A stretch of DNA of 63,051 bases from Candidatus Hodarchaeota archaeon (GCA_016840035.1 JAEOTC010000065.1:1-63051), one strand, 5' to 3'. Positions 1 through 8,527 are shown, counted from the first letter of the stretch. Notes: generated by a model from the letters alone, not told the origin. Numbers and translations are program-made.

Positions 1-582
1 AACAGCTGGATGGCCAAAATAATCCAAATCAAATTGTTCTGCTCCTCCTTCTGTAGAAGCAGTCAATATAAAAGGGGTGAAAATTTCAGTAAATCCTTTT
101 TTAAGGAAAAAAGTTCGGGTTGCGTGAGCAATAATACTTTTTAAGTTCATAATGGCAGTAACATCTGGGTCACGGATGGATAATTCTCTATATGCAAATA
201 CAGTGTCGATTTCCGTCTTTGTTTTCATTTTAGTAAGGTCTATCGGAAATTTAAGTTCTGCAATCGCTAAAATTGTCACTGCAAGAGGAGTTAATTCTGC
301 CCCTAATTTGGAACGAGAGTCAGCTTTAACTTTACCACGAATTGATACTACTGATTCGAGAGTCAACTTTTTACACGCTTCCCAAACATCTTCGCTAACA
401 CTCTTTTGATGTAGGGTAATTTGACAGATTCCTGAGGGATCTCGGAGTGTAAGAAACATTAATCGACCTTTATCGCGAATTTGTTGGATCCACCCACCAA
501 CCAATACTTCCTTGCCATCATTCTGGCTATTCACGTCTTGAGAACTATGTGTTCGCCATTCAGGATTTACAGCATATATCAT
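1..582 (-). CDS. aspS: Aspartyl-tRNA synthetase (class IIb Asp/AsnRS), N-terminal part; runs off the window start
   Basis: Not in the ORF track. My translation from ATG 582: MIYAVNPEWRTHSS...EVLVGGWIQQIRDKGRLMFLTLRDPSGICQI (OB anticodon-binding domain)...YRELSIRD...FFLKKGFTEIFTPFILTASTEGGAEQF (motif 1). GAGGA lies upstream at 591-595. AsnRS is not fully excluded. Confidence 0.85.
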   Translation of the reverse strand, partial: MIYAVNPEWRTHSSQDVNSQNDGKEVLVGGWIQQIRDKGRLMFLTLRDPSGICQITLHQKSVSEDVWEACKKLTLESVVSIRGKVKADSRSKLGAELTPLAVTILAIAELKFPIDLTKMKTKTEIDTVFAYRELSIRDPDVTAIMNLKSIIAHATRTFFLKKGFTEIFTPFILTASTEGGAEQFDLDYFGHPAV

Positions 583-609
583 AGCACTTTTCCTCTGTGA
601 GAGACCTAG

Positions 610-790
610 GATGGATAGGGATATAAGAATAGTCATGACTCAATTTGTCGGCAAGAAAAGCTAGGAAGCTTCTAAAGACACGACGGGAGGAGTCACTGCT
701 CCCCTATCCGGCTGGACAGTAAACACAGACGTGTAACTGACCTTAGGGACTACTTGACTCTCAGCTGGTAATCGTTGGCTGATATTAATG
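610..790 (-). ncRNA. Putative TnpB omega-RNA (reRNA) scaffold plus flank-derived guide; limits approximate
   Basis: TnpB guide RNAs are known to overlap the 3' end of tnpB and the right end. The minus strand has AAGTAGTCCC...GGATAGGGGAGCAGTGACTCCTCCC, which contains a GGGAG/CTCCC stem. Confidence 0.55.
635..654. repeat. Terminal inverted repeat at the tnpB 3' end
   Basis: ATGACTCAATTTGTCGGCAA vs the reverse complement of 2027-2046, ATGACTAGCTTTGTCAGCAA: 16/20 identical. Confidence 0.75.
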
Positions 791-1920
791 GCCGCATTCT
801 GATCGGCATTCAAACGAAGCCCACAAGAGTAACAAAGATATAATCCCCGGGCTTTCCGATTCCTTTTCCGAATAATTCCACACTGACTACATTGTTGAGA
901 GGTATACGCTTCAGATACATTGATAACGGTAATCCCCACCAATTTCGCTTTATATTCTAACATATGAAGGAGTTTGTGAAACAGAATGTGCACAAATGAC
1001 TGATTATTACGTTTACCTAAATTACAATGCTGTTTCCATCCGGGATTATACCCAATCACAAGGGTAGTAATATTGTTTTGGAAACAATGATTGATTATCA
1101 GTCGTGAGGTTTGATGAAAGAAATTAGTGATTCTATTTGCCCGTTTCCGCTGGAAAGCTAAGATTCGGTTTGTCATCGTTTGCTGGTTGTGTTTCTTTGC
1201 AAGGGACTTATAGGAGGCTAATTGCTTATTGTACCATTGATTGATGGACTTTACCACCCCGCCTTTGACGAGTAACCCGTCTGACGTAGTTACGAGGTTG
1301 GTAACTCCAATATCAATGCCAATGGCTCTTGAAGGACCTAGAGAGGTAGGGAATGCTTGGACATCCACGGTATACAAGAATTCCATGATAAACCGATCAT
1401 AATACGGCACTAAGCGTGCCCCCGTACAGGTTTCCGCAGTTATCGGGAGATTCCCTACGAGAAACGTCGGGAATCCCCGCTCCATCAGGTTCCGGGCGAA
1501 GAGGATCTCTGTGCCTCGGATTCGGACGCGGGGGCGGGGAAAGTTTAACATATGGAGGCTATCTTTGGGTTTATAACCTGGAAGGCGGGGTCTGCCTTGA
1601 AAGTGACTTGGATCTTTCTTCCACGCTTTTATCGCCTGAAAATAGCTTCTCCAGGTTTGTTCGATCTGTCTGAGGACTTGCTGGGGGAGATAACTATCTG
1701 AGATGTCTTTTAGCGCCAGGTATACAGGGTCATGTTTTAGCTGATGATACAGGGTTGTATATTGCACCCATTTCCCAGTCTCAAAGAATTCCTGGCGTAC
1801 CTGGTACGTGGCATAATTATACAAATTCTTGGCTCGAGTACACAGATCCACGAATATAGGGCGGGATTTTATCTGAATTCTGATCGTTAATTGAGGTGTG
1901 GTTTGTTTTTTTGTTCGCAT
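661..1920 (-). CDS. tnpB: RNA-guided endonuclease TnpB (rearranged RuvC-II type)
   Basis: N-terminal AKNLYNYA helix; RuvC-I AIGIDIGVTN; RuvC-II LVIGYN with alternative Glu in VSEAYTSQ; zinc finger CSQC...CYSC; RuvC-III NADQNAAINI. Confidence 0.95.
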   Translation of the reverse strand: MRTKKQTTPQLTIRIQIKSRPIFVDLCTRAKNLYNYATYQVRQEFFETGKWVQYTTLYHQLKHDPVYLALKDISDSYLPQQVLRQIEQTWRSYFQAIKAWKKDPSHFQGRPRLPGYKPKDSLHMLNFPRPRVRIRGTEILFARNLMERGFPTFLVGNLPITAETCTGARLVPYYDRFIMEFLYTVDVQAFPTSLGPSRAIGIDIGVTNLVTTSDGLLVKGGVVKSINQWYNKQLASYKSLAKKHNQQTMTNRILAFQRKRANRITNFFHQTSRLIINHCFQNNITTLVIGYNPGWKQHCNLGKRNNQSFVHILFHKLLHMLEYKAKLVGITVINVSEAYTSQQCSQCGIIRKRNRKARGLYLCYSCGLRLNADQNAAINISQRLPAESQVVPKVSYTSVFTVQPDRGAVTPPVVSLEAS

Positions 1921-1946
1921 TCCCAGCTAGTGTTGGTTGGTCCTCC

Positions 1947-1957
1947 TATTTAACTTT
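1947..1957 (-). promoter_or_regulatory. Putative archaeal BRE/TATA promoter of tnpB
   Basis: Minus-strand AAAGTTAAATA ends about 27 nt upstream of the ATG at 1920, the spacing expected for a leaderless archaeal mRNA. Confidence 0.45.
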
Positions 1958-2026
1958 GTATCAGAGAGAGATCACCGAAAATGCCGATATTGACTGTTTT
2001 TCGGGGTCACATTCTTTTTTATCCTT

Positions 2027-2046
2027 TTGCTGACAAAGCTAGTCAT
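2027..2046. repeat. Terminal inverted repeat at the tnpB 5' end
   Basis: TTGCTGACAAAGCTAGTCAT; partner of 635-654. Confidence 0.75.
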
Positions 2047-2105
2047 ATATTCTGTTTTGAAGTATTGAGAAAAATATTTTTCAATCTGGATATAGAAGTT
2101 CCTTC

Positions 2106-3089
2106 ATGCAATTATTTTTACATAGTAAACCTAGTTCTGATGAAATAAATACTAACCAAGAGTTAGTAATTATCGGTAGTGGCCCAGCAGGATTAACTGC
2201 AGCAATATATGCTGCTCGTGCTCAATTGAACCCTCTTGTCGTTGCTGGAATTGAGGCGGGGGGACAATTAATGACTACTACGGAGGTCGAAAATTTTCCA
2301 GGTTTTCCTGAAATGGTTCAAGGACCTGATTTAATTACGCGTATGCGAGAGCAAGCAACTCGTCTAGGTGCCGCTTTCTTAGAAGATAACGTCCTTGAAG
2401 TTAATTTTGATCAAAACCCATTCCTAATCATGACTGGTCAATACCAAATTGAAGCAAAATCTGTTATAATTGCCACTGGAGCCGAACCAAAACGATTAGG
2501 ATTGGTCAATGAGCAAGAGTTGAGCGGGAGAGGAGTTTCATATTGCGCAACCTGTGATGCTCCATTTTTCAAGGATGTAGATGCTGCTGTCATCGGTGCA
2601 GGGGATGTAGCTCTTGAAGAGGCACTTTTTCTGGCAAAATATGCTAGTAGCGTAAAAATAATCTATCGTGGACCCAAGGAAAAAATGAGAGCCACTAAAG
2701 CCTTATTGAAGAAAGGTTTTGAGAATGAGAAAATCGAGTTTATCTATAATACTGTAGTTGAAGAAATTCACGGAAAAGAACGATTAAATAGTATCACTGT
2801 GAGAAATACGGCCGATAATCAGACTGAAGAATTACATTTGGGAGGATTGTTGGTAGCCATCGGATATAACCCTCAATCACAACTTTTTGAAGGAAAAGTA
2901 GCACTTAAAGACGGATATATCATAACAACGAAATTTACAATGACAAGTATTCCTGGAATATTTGCAGCAGGTGATGTTGTCGACTTCCGATATCGTCAGG
3001 CAGTTACTGCCGCAGCCGAAGGATGCAAGGCAGCCTTAGATGCAGAAAAATGGTTACAGGATCCTAAACTCTTAATACCAAGTTATTAG
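2106..3089 (+). CDS. trxB: Thioredoxin-disulfide reductase
   Basis: GSGPAG FAD motif, GGQLMTTTEVENFPG, CATC redox centre, GIFAAGDV, YRQAVTAA. Confidence 0.95.
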   Translation: MQLFLHSKPSSDEINTNQELVIIGSGPAGLTAAIYAARAQLNPLVVAGIEAGGQLMTTTEVENFPGFPEMVQGPDLITRMREQATRLGAAFLEDNVLEVNFDQNPFLIMTGQYQIEAKSVIIATGAEPKRLGLVNEQELSGRGVSYCATCDAPFFKDVDAAVIGAGDVALEEALFLAKYASSVKIIYRGPKEKMRATKALLKKGFENEKIEFIYNTVVEEIHGKERLNSITVRNTADNQTEELHLGGLLVAIGYNPQSQLFEGKVALKDGYIITTKFTMTSIPGIFAAGDVVDFRYRQAVTAAAEGCKAALDAEKWLQDPKLLIPSY

Positions 3090-3114
3090 AAAAAAAGAAA
3101 GGGAAGGGTGGTTA

Positions 3115-5382
3115 TCAACCACCAAAGATGAGATCTAAACCAACATCATCCATCGCATCAAAATAAGTTTGAATAGCATCGAGATAGGAGGGATCACTTG
3201 CAAATGCACCAAGGATTTTAAAACCAGCAATTGTATCCAAGATTCCTTGCGCTAATCCAGCTATTGATGGAATATTTGGTAATGTTGCATTAGGCTCAGT
3301 GGGGGGAGGTCCAGGGAACCACAGTGTATTTTGCCATGATGTTTTCACATTATTATCAATCAGTGTCGCATCATTAATCTCAGTATAAGCTAAAGAAGCA
3401 TTGTTCTTGGAGAAACCCATAAGAACCTCAGATCGGTTAAAATCGGGATCAGTAACTATTAAATTGAAGAATGTGGTAGCGTTTCCTCCTGCGCCTGCAA
3501 TAGCTGCTTCATATGATTGATTAAACAAGGAAAATCCTACAGTGAAAGATTGGATAGATTGAACTGTCCCATCTAAAGCCCCCATAAGATATCCCATTTC
3601 AGTAACGTTTGCACTAAAGCTGGTCATCATCATGCTAAAATCTGCTAACATCGGTTTGAGCGAAGTATCGATAATTGGCCCATAAGTTTTATCGGTAAAT
3701 GAATTGCTCAATGCGGTTGCAGCTTGGATATTACTATCAGCAGCAGAAAAGATCACGTTTGCAGACGCTACGCTTGTACCGAATGCATCCCAATCAGTTA
3801 GTAGCACATCAGTTCCACCGAAATCCAGACTCTCTAGTGTTGTTAATACACCTTCAATAGCTGTATAACATTGGGTGCCATTCGCTGCTGCAAGTGCAAA
3901 CCAACCGAGGAGGTTTGTCATATCTTTCAAAATCTCAACTGTTCCCCAAAAGGGTAATTGAGAATTGGGATCAAGACCAGAAGAGTCTATTCCTTGCATG
4001 GTAGAATTTGCTTCTTGTAGTTCTCCTGCAGCATCATCTAACCAAAAATTTGCACCAGGAAAATCACTTTCTCCAAGCTCTTCGATTGCTAATGTAGTTT
4101 TATAGGTGGCATTGAGAAAATCTATTCCACCGTTGGCAATTTGTAGAAGAATACCATATCCTACATCTACTTCGTCAATAATATCAATGACGATTCCCAG
4201 GTCAGTTCCCTCACCAGTAATAACATCAGTCAATATTTCTTTAACATTACCAACTGCTTCAAGAACATCATCCTGAGCCTCAGTAAAATTATCAACCGCA
4301 TATCCAATTTTATCCAATCCAGCGTCAAAATCAGGATTATATTCTGCTTGGAAGCTACTCTCACTGCTTCCAAAACCTCCACCTAAATCTGTGTCACCTA
4401 ACACAGAGAAAGCGAGGTCGAAACCACCAACGAGATTTTGATATCCAGCGAAGAGTTCAGGGAGTTTTCCCGAAATCAGTGCAAGTACTTCTGCAATATC
4501 AAGGATACCGGTAACTTCTTGCATATTAATTCCCTGAAATGAAGTATTTCCTGGAAAAAGAGCATCTATAATTATATTCACAAGAAAATTATTTTGAAAT
4601 TGTTTGAAAGCAATAGAGGACTCTTTAAACCATTTTTCAGCTCTTTCAGCAGCTTCACTGAGGTTCCCAATGACATTAGGATCATTAAAATCTACTAAAC
4701 CTCCATCTTGAGCACCACTGCCTACTGTAAAACCAAATGCTTTCATAAATTCCGAGGCTCCTGCTCCGATGGAAAGACCTCCATAAGCAAGATTTGCCAC
4801 ACCATGATAGGTAAATGGGACGAGGATTAAGATTGCTATCACAAAGAAAGCCGCAATCGGTTTCATTATAACAGAAAAGATGGAGAGGTCTCCTTTTTTC
4901 GTCCAGATACCAGTAGCTACAGCAGAGATGAAGAATCCAAGAAAGAGAGCGATAAGCTCAACAAAAACTAAATCTAAAATCATTGCTATCGCGGTTAAAG
5001 GTTCACCGAATTCTTCCAATCCAGGTATCATACCAGTTTCAATAATTGCGTTTACAGGGCCAGAAAGACCTGAAAATATTCCAAAAGGATTGGCAATTAA
5101 TCCACCGGTAACTAAATCAAGAATATAAAGAATTGCCCATGCTATTGGTGCAGAAATTACACTCAGTAATCCGACTAACTTTGATCTTGCAAGAATGCCA
5201 GTAAGACAAAATGCAATGGCTACTAGTATTAGTTCAACTTGCATCAATAGAGGACTTGTTCGTGATCCTAATAATCCAAAGACAACAGCGATAATGACTG
5301 GTCCTAGGATTCCCCCCAAAAAGGCTTGCCAGAATGGAAGCGCTTTTACGGTTCGTAAATCGTCAGATTCAGGTTCGAACAT
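3115..5382 (-). CDS. Hypothetical membrane protein: about 5 N-terminal TM helices plus a large acidic helical-repeat domain
   Basis: 755-aa ORF with a hydrophobic first ~200 aa, then Asp/Gly/Ala-rich amphipathic helices. Confidence 0.75.
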   Translation of the reverse strand: MFEPESDDLRTVKALPFWQAFLGGILGPVIIAVVFGLLGSRTSPLLMQVELILVAIAFCLTGILARSKLVGLLSVISAPIAWAILYILDLVTGGLIANPFGIFSGLSGPVNAIIETGMIPGLEEFGEPLTAIAMILDLVFVELIALFLGFFISAVATGIWTKKGDLSIFSVIMKPIAAFFVIAILILVPFTYHGVANLAYGGLSIGAGASEFMKAFGFTVGSGAQDGGLVDFNDPNVIGNLSEAAERAEKWFKESSIAFKQFQNNFLVNIIIDALFPGNTSFQGINMQEVTGILDIAEVLALISGKLPELFAGYQNLVGGFDLAFSVLGDTDLGGGFGSSESSFQAEYNPDFDAGLDKIGYAVDNFTEAQDDVLEAVGNVKEILTDVITGEGTDLGIVIDIIDEVDVGYGILLQIANGGIDFLNATYKTTLAIEELGESDFPGANFWLDDAAGELQEANSTMQGIDSSGLDPNSQLPFWGTVEILKDMTNLLGWFALAAANGTQCYTAIEGVLTTLESLDFGGTDVLLTDWDAFGTSVASANVIFSAADSNIQAATALSNSFTDKTYGPIIDTSLKPMLADFSMMMTSFSANVTEMGYLMGALDGTVQSIQSFTVGFSLFNQSYEAAIAGAGGNATTFFNLIVTDPDFNRSEVLMGFSKNNASLAYTEINDATLIDNNVKTSWQNTLWFPGPPPTEPNATLPNIPSIAGLAQGILDTIAGFKILGAFASDPSYLDAIQTYFDAMDDVGLDLIFGG

Positions 5383-5570
5383 TTTTTTTCACTTATCTAA
5401 AATATATTTTAATATGAAGAATTTGTATAGGTGCTTCCTTATTAAAAGTAACTATTCATTTGTAGTGAAATAATCGAAGATATAGGTTGTATACGGTAAC
5501 TAGGAGTGTAGAAGGAATATCTGGTAAATAGTAGTACAAGAAGCTGATGTTTGGGAAAATCGAATCCGAT

Positions 5571-5590
5571 GTGTAATGACAAAATTACAC
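5571..5590 (-). terminator. Short hairpin just downstream of ligA
   Basis: GTGTAAT-gacaaa-ATTACAC: 7-bp stem about 10 nt after the ligA stop. Confidence 0.3.
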
Positions 5591-5600
5591 AATTCAGATC

Positions 5601-7553
5601 TTACTCAAGTTCGCTGTAAAATTCCTCCCATGCTCTTATTGGAATTCCATATTTCTTGGCCTTCTCTAGTTTCTTTCCTCCAGGATTTTCACCAACTACT
5701 AGTAAATCAAGAGTTTTAGTAAGAGAAGCCCATTCATAATTGTGACGCTCGAGTAGGGCTTTAATTTCTTTCTTGGTTAAATCAGGAATTTTACCTGTTA
5801 CGTATACGGTACCTTTTGATTCAGTAACCTCATCGTCGATAGGTTCTTTAATTGATTCAGCTTTTTCACTTTCTCCAATGAAATCCAAGAGATTACTTTT
5901 TGTTGGTCTAATTACTCGACGTCTGTCAGATGTATAATCTATTGAGACACCTTTATCAAACAAGGCTTTACCTAGAGTTGGATCTTGTATTCCTTCTAGT
6001 ATATATCCTGCAGTAAGATCAGAAATTCCTTCAATTTTAACTAGTTCAGAAACTTTTGTTTTCTCTAGCTCATCCCATGTACCATAATGTTTAGCGAGGA
6101 CTTTTCCCATCTGTAGACCAAGACTCTCAATCCCAAGACCAGCAAGGAATATGTGAAATGGTAATTTACGTGATCGCTGGATATTTTGAAATACTTTAGA
6201 CCCATTTTTTCCTAATAAAGATATAAGTTTAGATTCAGTCAATTCAGGATTATAAACGTCGGAAAAATGCTTTATATTGTTGGAAGAATAAAGTCTTTCA
6301 ATGTTCTTGATTCCTAGACCTTTAATATCTATTATTTTAATCCAATGTCGAATTTTTTGTATATCACGCTCTTTACATACTTCACTTAAGCATACAAGGT
6401 TTACTCCATCTTTATGGAGAGTGAACCCACATGAAGGGCATTTATTAGGCAATCTGACCTGATTTGATCCTTTATTTTCGACCGTAGTAATTTTTGGAAT
6501 GACATCTCCCGAACGAATTACCATAACCTGATCCCCAATTGCAACATCTAAAGCCTCTACAAACTCTCTATTATGTAGAGTGGCACGACGAATTACTGCT
6601 CCCGATACTTCGATTGGTTCTAGTTCAGCGACAGGTGTAAGTACTCCGGTTCGTCCCACCTGCCATGTGATATCTTTTATTTCAGTACTTTTTCCCCGAC
6701 TCTCAAATTTCAATGCTATCATCCATTTGGGATGATGAGCAGTAGCACCTGCGTTATTAATTGCTTTACTATCATTATATTTTAATACTAGGCCATCTAT
6801 TTCAAAATCTAACGATTCTCGCTCTGTTTCCACCTTAGAGAAAACTCGTAAGATATTTTCCTTTGTTGGATCAGCGAGCTGATCAATCTTTGCTAAATGA
6901 AACCCCCAATTCATCAATATTCTAGCTCTCTCATTCAATGTATCTTCTTCTGCATAACCAAGTAGGTCAAAAGCAAAAAATTCTAAGTGCCTCTTCTCAA
7001 GTAATGAGAGATCTTTTTGTTTAATGGTCCCTACAGCCAAGTTTCTTGGACTACTATAACTTCCAGCTTCTAGAGAATTAATTCTCTGGAATTCTGATAT
7101 AGGCATAAAAATCTCTCCCCGAATGAAAATTCGATCCTTAACAGGAATACTCTTTGGAATACTTGATAATTTCATTGCTACAATGGTGGTATCATCTCCA
7201 GTTACTCCATTCCCACGAGTAGCAGCTTGAATTAAGTGTCCTCCATCGTATGTTAAAGAAAGTGAAAATCCATCAATTTTATATTCAATGTAAAGCTCAA
7301 GTCCTTGACTCCATTTTAGGACTTCATCAATCCCCTGCGCTTTCTGACAGGACAGCATTGGAATATCATGCGTTACTTTCCCACCTTCAGGAGCACCAAT
7401 AATAAATAGAACAGGGTTTTCAGGATCTAATAGTCTTAATCTATCCTCCAAACTATCATAAGCCTCATCTGATATCTCAGGTTCCCCATCATAGTACTTT
7501 CGCTTATGGTACAGGATTTTACTGGCTAATTTGGAAATCTCTTCCATCGACAA
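5601..7553 (-). CDS. ligA: NAD-dependent DNA ligase
   Basis: Domain Ia (YYDGEPEISDEAYD), motif I EYKIDG, ATRGNG, QVGRTG, RATLHN, GDVIPKI, CPSC..C..C zinc finger, HhH repeats and C-terminal BRCT (KLEKAKKYGI). Confidence 0.95.
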   Translation of the reverse strand: MSMEEISKLASKILYHKRKYYDGEPEISDEAYDSLEDRLRLLDPENPVLFIIGAPEGGKVTHDIPMLSCQKAQGIDEVLKWSQGLELYIEYKIDGFSLSLTYDGGHLIQAATRGNGVTGDDTTIVAMKLSSIPKSIPVKDRIFIRGEIFMPISEFQRINSLEAGSYSSPRNLAVGTIKQKDLSLLEKRHLEFFAFDLLGYAEEDTLNERARILMNWGFHLAKIDQLADPTKENILRVFSKVETERESLDFEIDGLVLKYNDSKAINNAGATAHHPKWMIALKFESRGKSTEIKDITWQVGRTGVLTPVAELEPIEVSGAVIRRATLHNREFVEALDVAIGDQVMVIRSGDVIPKITTVENKGSNQVRLPNKCPSCGFTLHKDGVNLVCLSEVCKERDIQKIRHWIKIIDIKGLGIKNIERLYSSNNIKHFSDVYNPELTESKLISLLGKNGSKVFQNIQRSRKLPFHIFLAGLGIESLGLQMGKVLAKHYGTWDELEKTKVSELVKIEGISDLTAGYILEGIQDPTLGKALFDKGVSIDYTSDRRRVIRPTKSNLLDFIGESEKAESIKEPIDDEVTESKGTVYVTGKIPDLTKKEIKALLERHNYEWASLTKTLDLLVVGENPGGKKLEKAKKYGIPIRAWEEFYSELE

Positions 7554-7678
7554 GATATTTTTCTCCTACCTGAGTTATTCTCGCAGTATGCAATTGGGGT
7601 TTTCCAAGAATTTTAATTTTACAAGCCTTTATCAATGACATCTTTTCCATGTTTATAAAAATTGACGGAGGTCGAAAT

Positions 7679-8527
7679 ATGATGGAAATTGACCTAATTT
7701 TGAAAATTGGAGGTTCTAGTCTTTCTAACAAACGTTTACTGGCAAAAGCTATTAAGAGTCAATCACCAGAAGACATTGAAGAGGCGTTAAAGATTGATAA
7801 GAAGAAGATCGATAGTATTGCATCAGAAATTGGGGCAATTTATTCTCTAGGATTAAAGAAAATGATCATCTTAACTGGAGTTGGGTCACCAGGTCATTTC
7901 GTCGTCTTACAACATGGTATTCACAAAGGAAATTCAGGAAATATTAATCAACATTTAGGGTTAGTGGATGCTCAAATTGCCGTTAATAGATTGAGACAGG
8001 GATTATTAGAAGCTTTTGCTGAACATGGGATTCCTGTCGTTCAACTTTATGCTTCAAGTATCTACGAGTCAAATAAAATGAGAATAATAAGGGGAGATAC
8101 TTCAAATTTTGAACGATTCATTCAAAATGGTATAATTCCCGTTATTTCTGGTGATGTAGTTCCTGATTTGACAATGGGATATAGTGTGTTGAGTGGAGAT
8201 CAAATACTTTTGGATCTTACACAGAAATTTAGACCCCAAAGAATAATATTTGGATCTGATGTTGACGGGGTCTTTGAAGAAGATCCCAAAGATAATCCTC
8301 ATACCCAACTAATTCCCCAGATTTCTTTTTCACAGTTACCGCACGTAATAGAACAACTTTCGGGTGGAGATGCTTCTGGTCAGATGAAGGGAAAATTAGT
8401 AGAAATTAGCAATTTATTGGAGCAAGGGCAAAAGGAAATCCTTCTATTGAATCTTACAAATGAAGGAGCTTTGAGTGATGTCATAAAGGGAAATATGGGT
8501 CGAAATACAAGATTCTTTCTAGATTAA
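7679..8527 (+). CDS. Isopentenyl phosphate kinase (amino-acid kinase family; archaeal mevalonate pathway)
   Basis: LKIGGS, GSPGH (IPK His), PVISGD, LSGDQI, SDVDGV, DASGQMKGKL. Start moved to 7679, which follows GGAGGT. Confidence 0.8.
   Translation: MMEIDLILKIGGSSLSNKRLLAKAIKSQSPEDIEEALKIDKKKIDSIASEIGAIYSLGLKKMIILTGVGSPGHFVVLQHGIHKGNSGNINQHLGLVDAQIAVNRLRQGLLEAFAEHGIPVVQLYASSIYESNKMRIIRGDTSNFERFIQNGIIPVISGDVVPDLTMGYSVLSGDQILLDLTQKFRPQRIIFGSDVDGVFEEDPKDNPHTQLIPQISFSQLPHVIEQLSGGDASGQMKGKLVEISNLLEQGQKEILLLNLTNEGALSDVIKGNMGRNTRFFLD

Larger units (their letters stand above)
630..2046 (-). mobile_element. Non-autonomous TnpB-only insertion element with imperfect terminal inverted repeats
   Basis: Contains only tnpB and is visibly more GC-rich than its flanks. 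Bounded by a 16/20 inverted repeat (635-654 / 2027-2046) and a TAGTCAT direct repeat (630-636 / 2040-2046). Confidence 0.75.

Noticed and set aside
152-409. 85-aa plus-strand ORF in the track
   Set aside because: Antisense shadow of the aspS frame (1-582, minus strand).
1416-1673. Plus-strand ORF inside tnpB considered as a hidden TnpA transposase
   Set aside because: No HUH/Y1, serine-recombinase or DDE motif; an antisense by-product of the higher GC content.
661-1920. Catalytically dead TnpB (TldR-like) or Cas12f
   Set aside because: The alternative Glu and both Asp residues are present; no CRISPR array or cas gene nearby.
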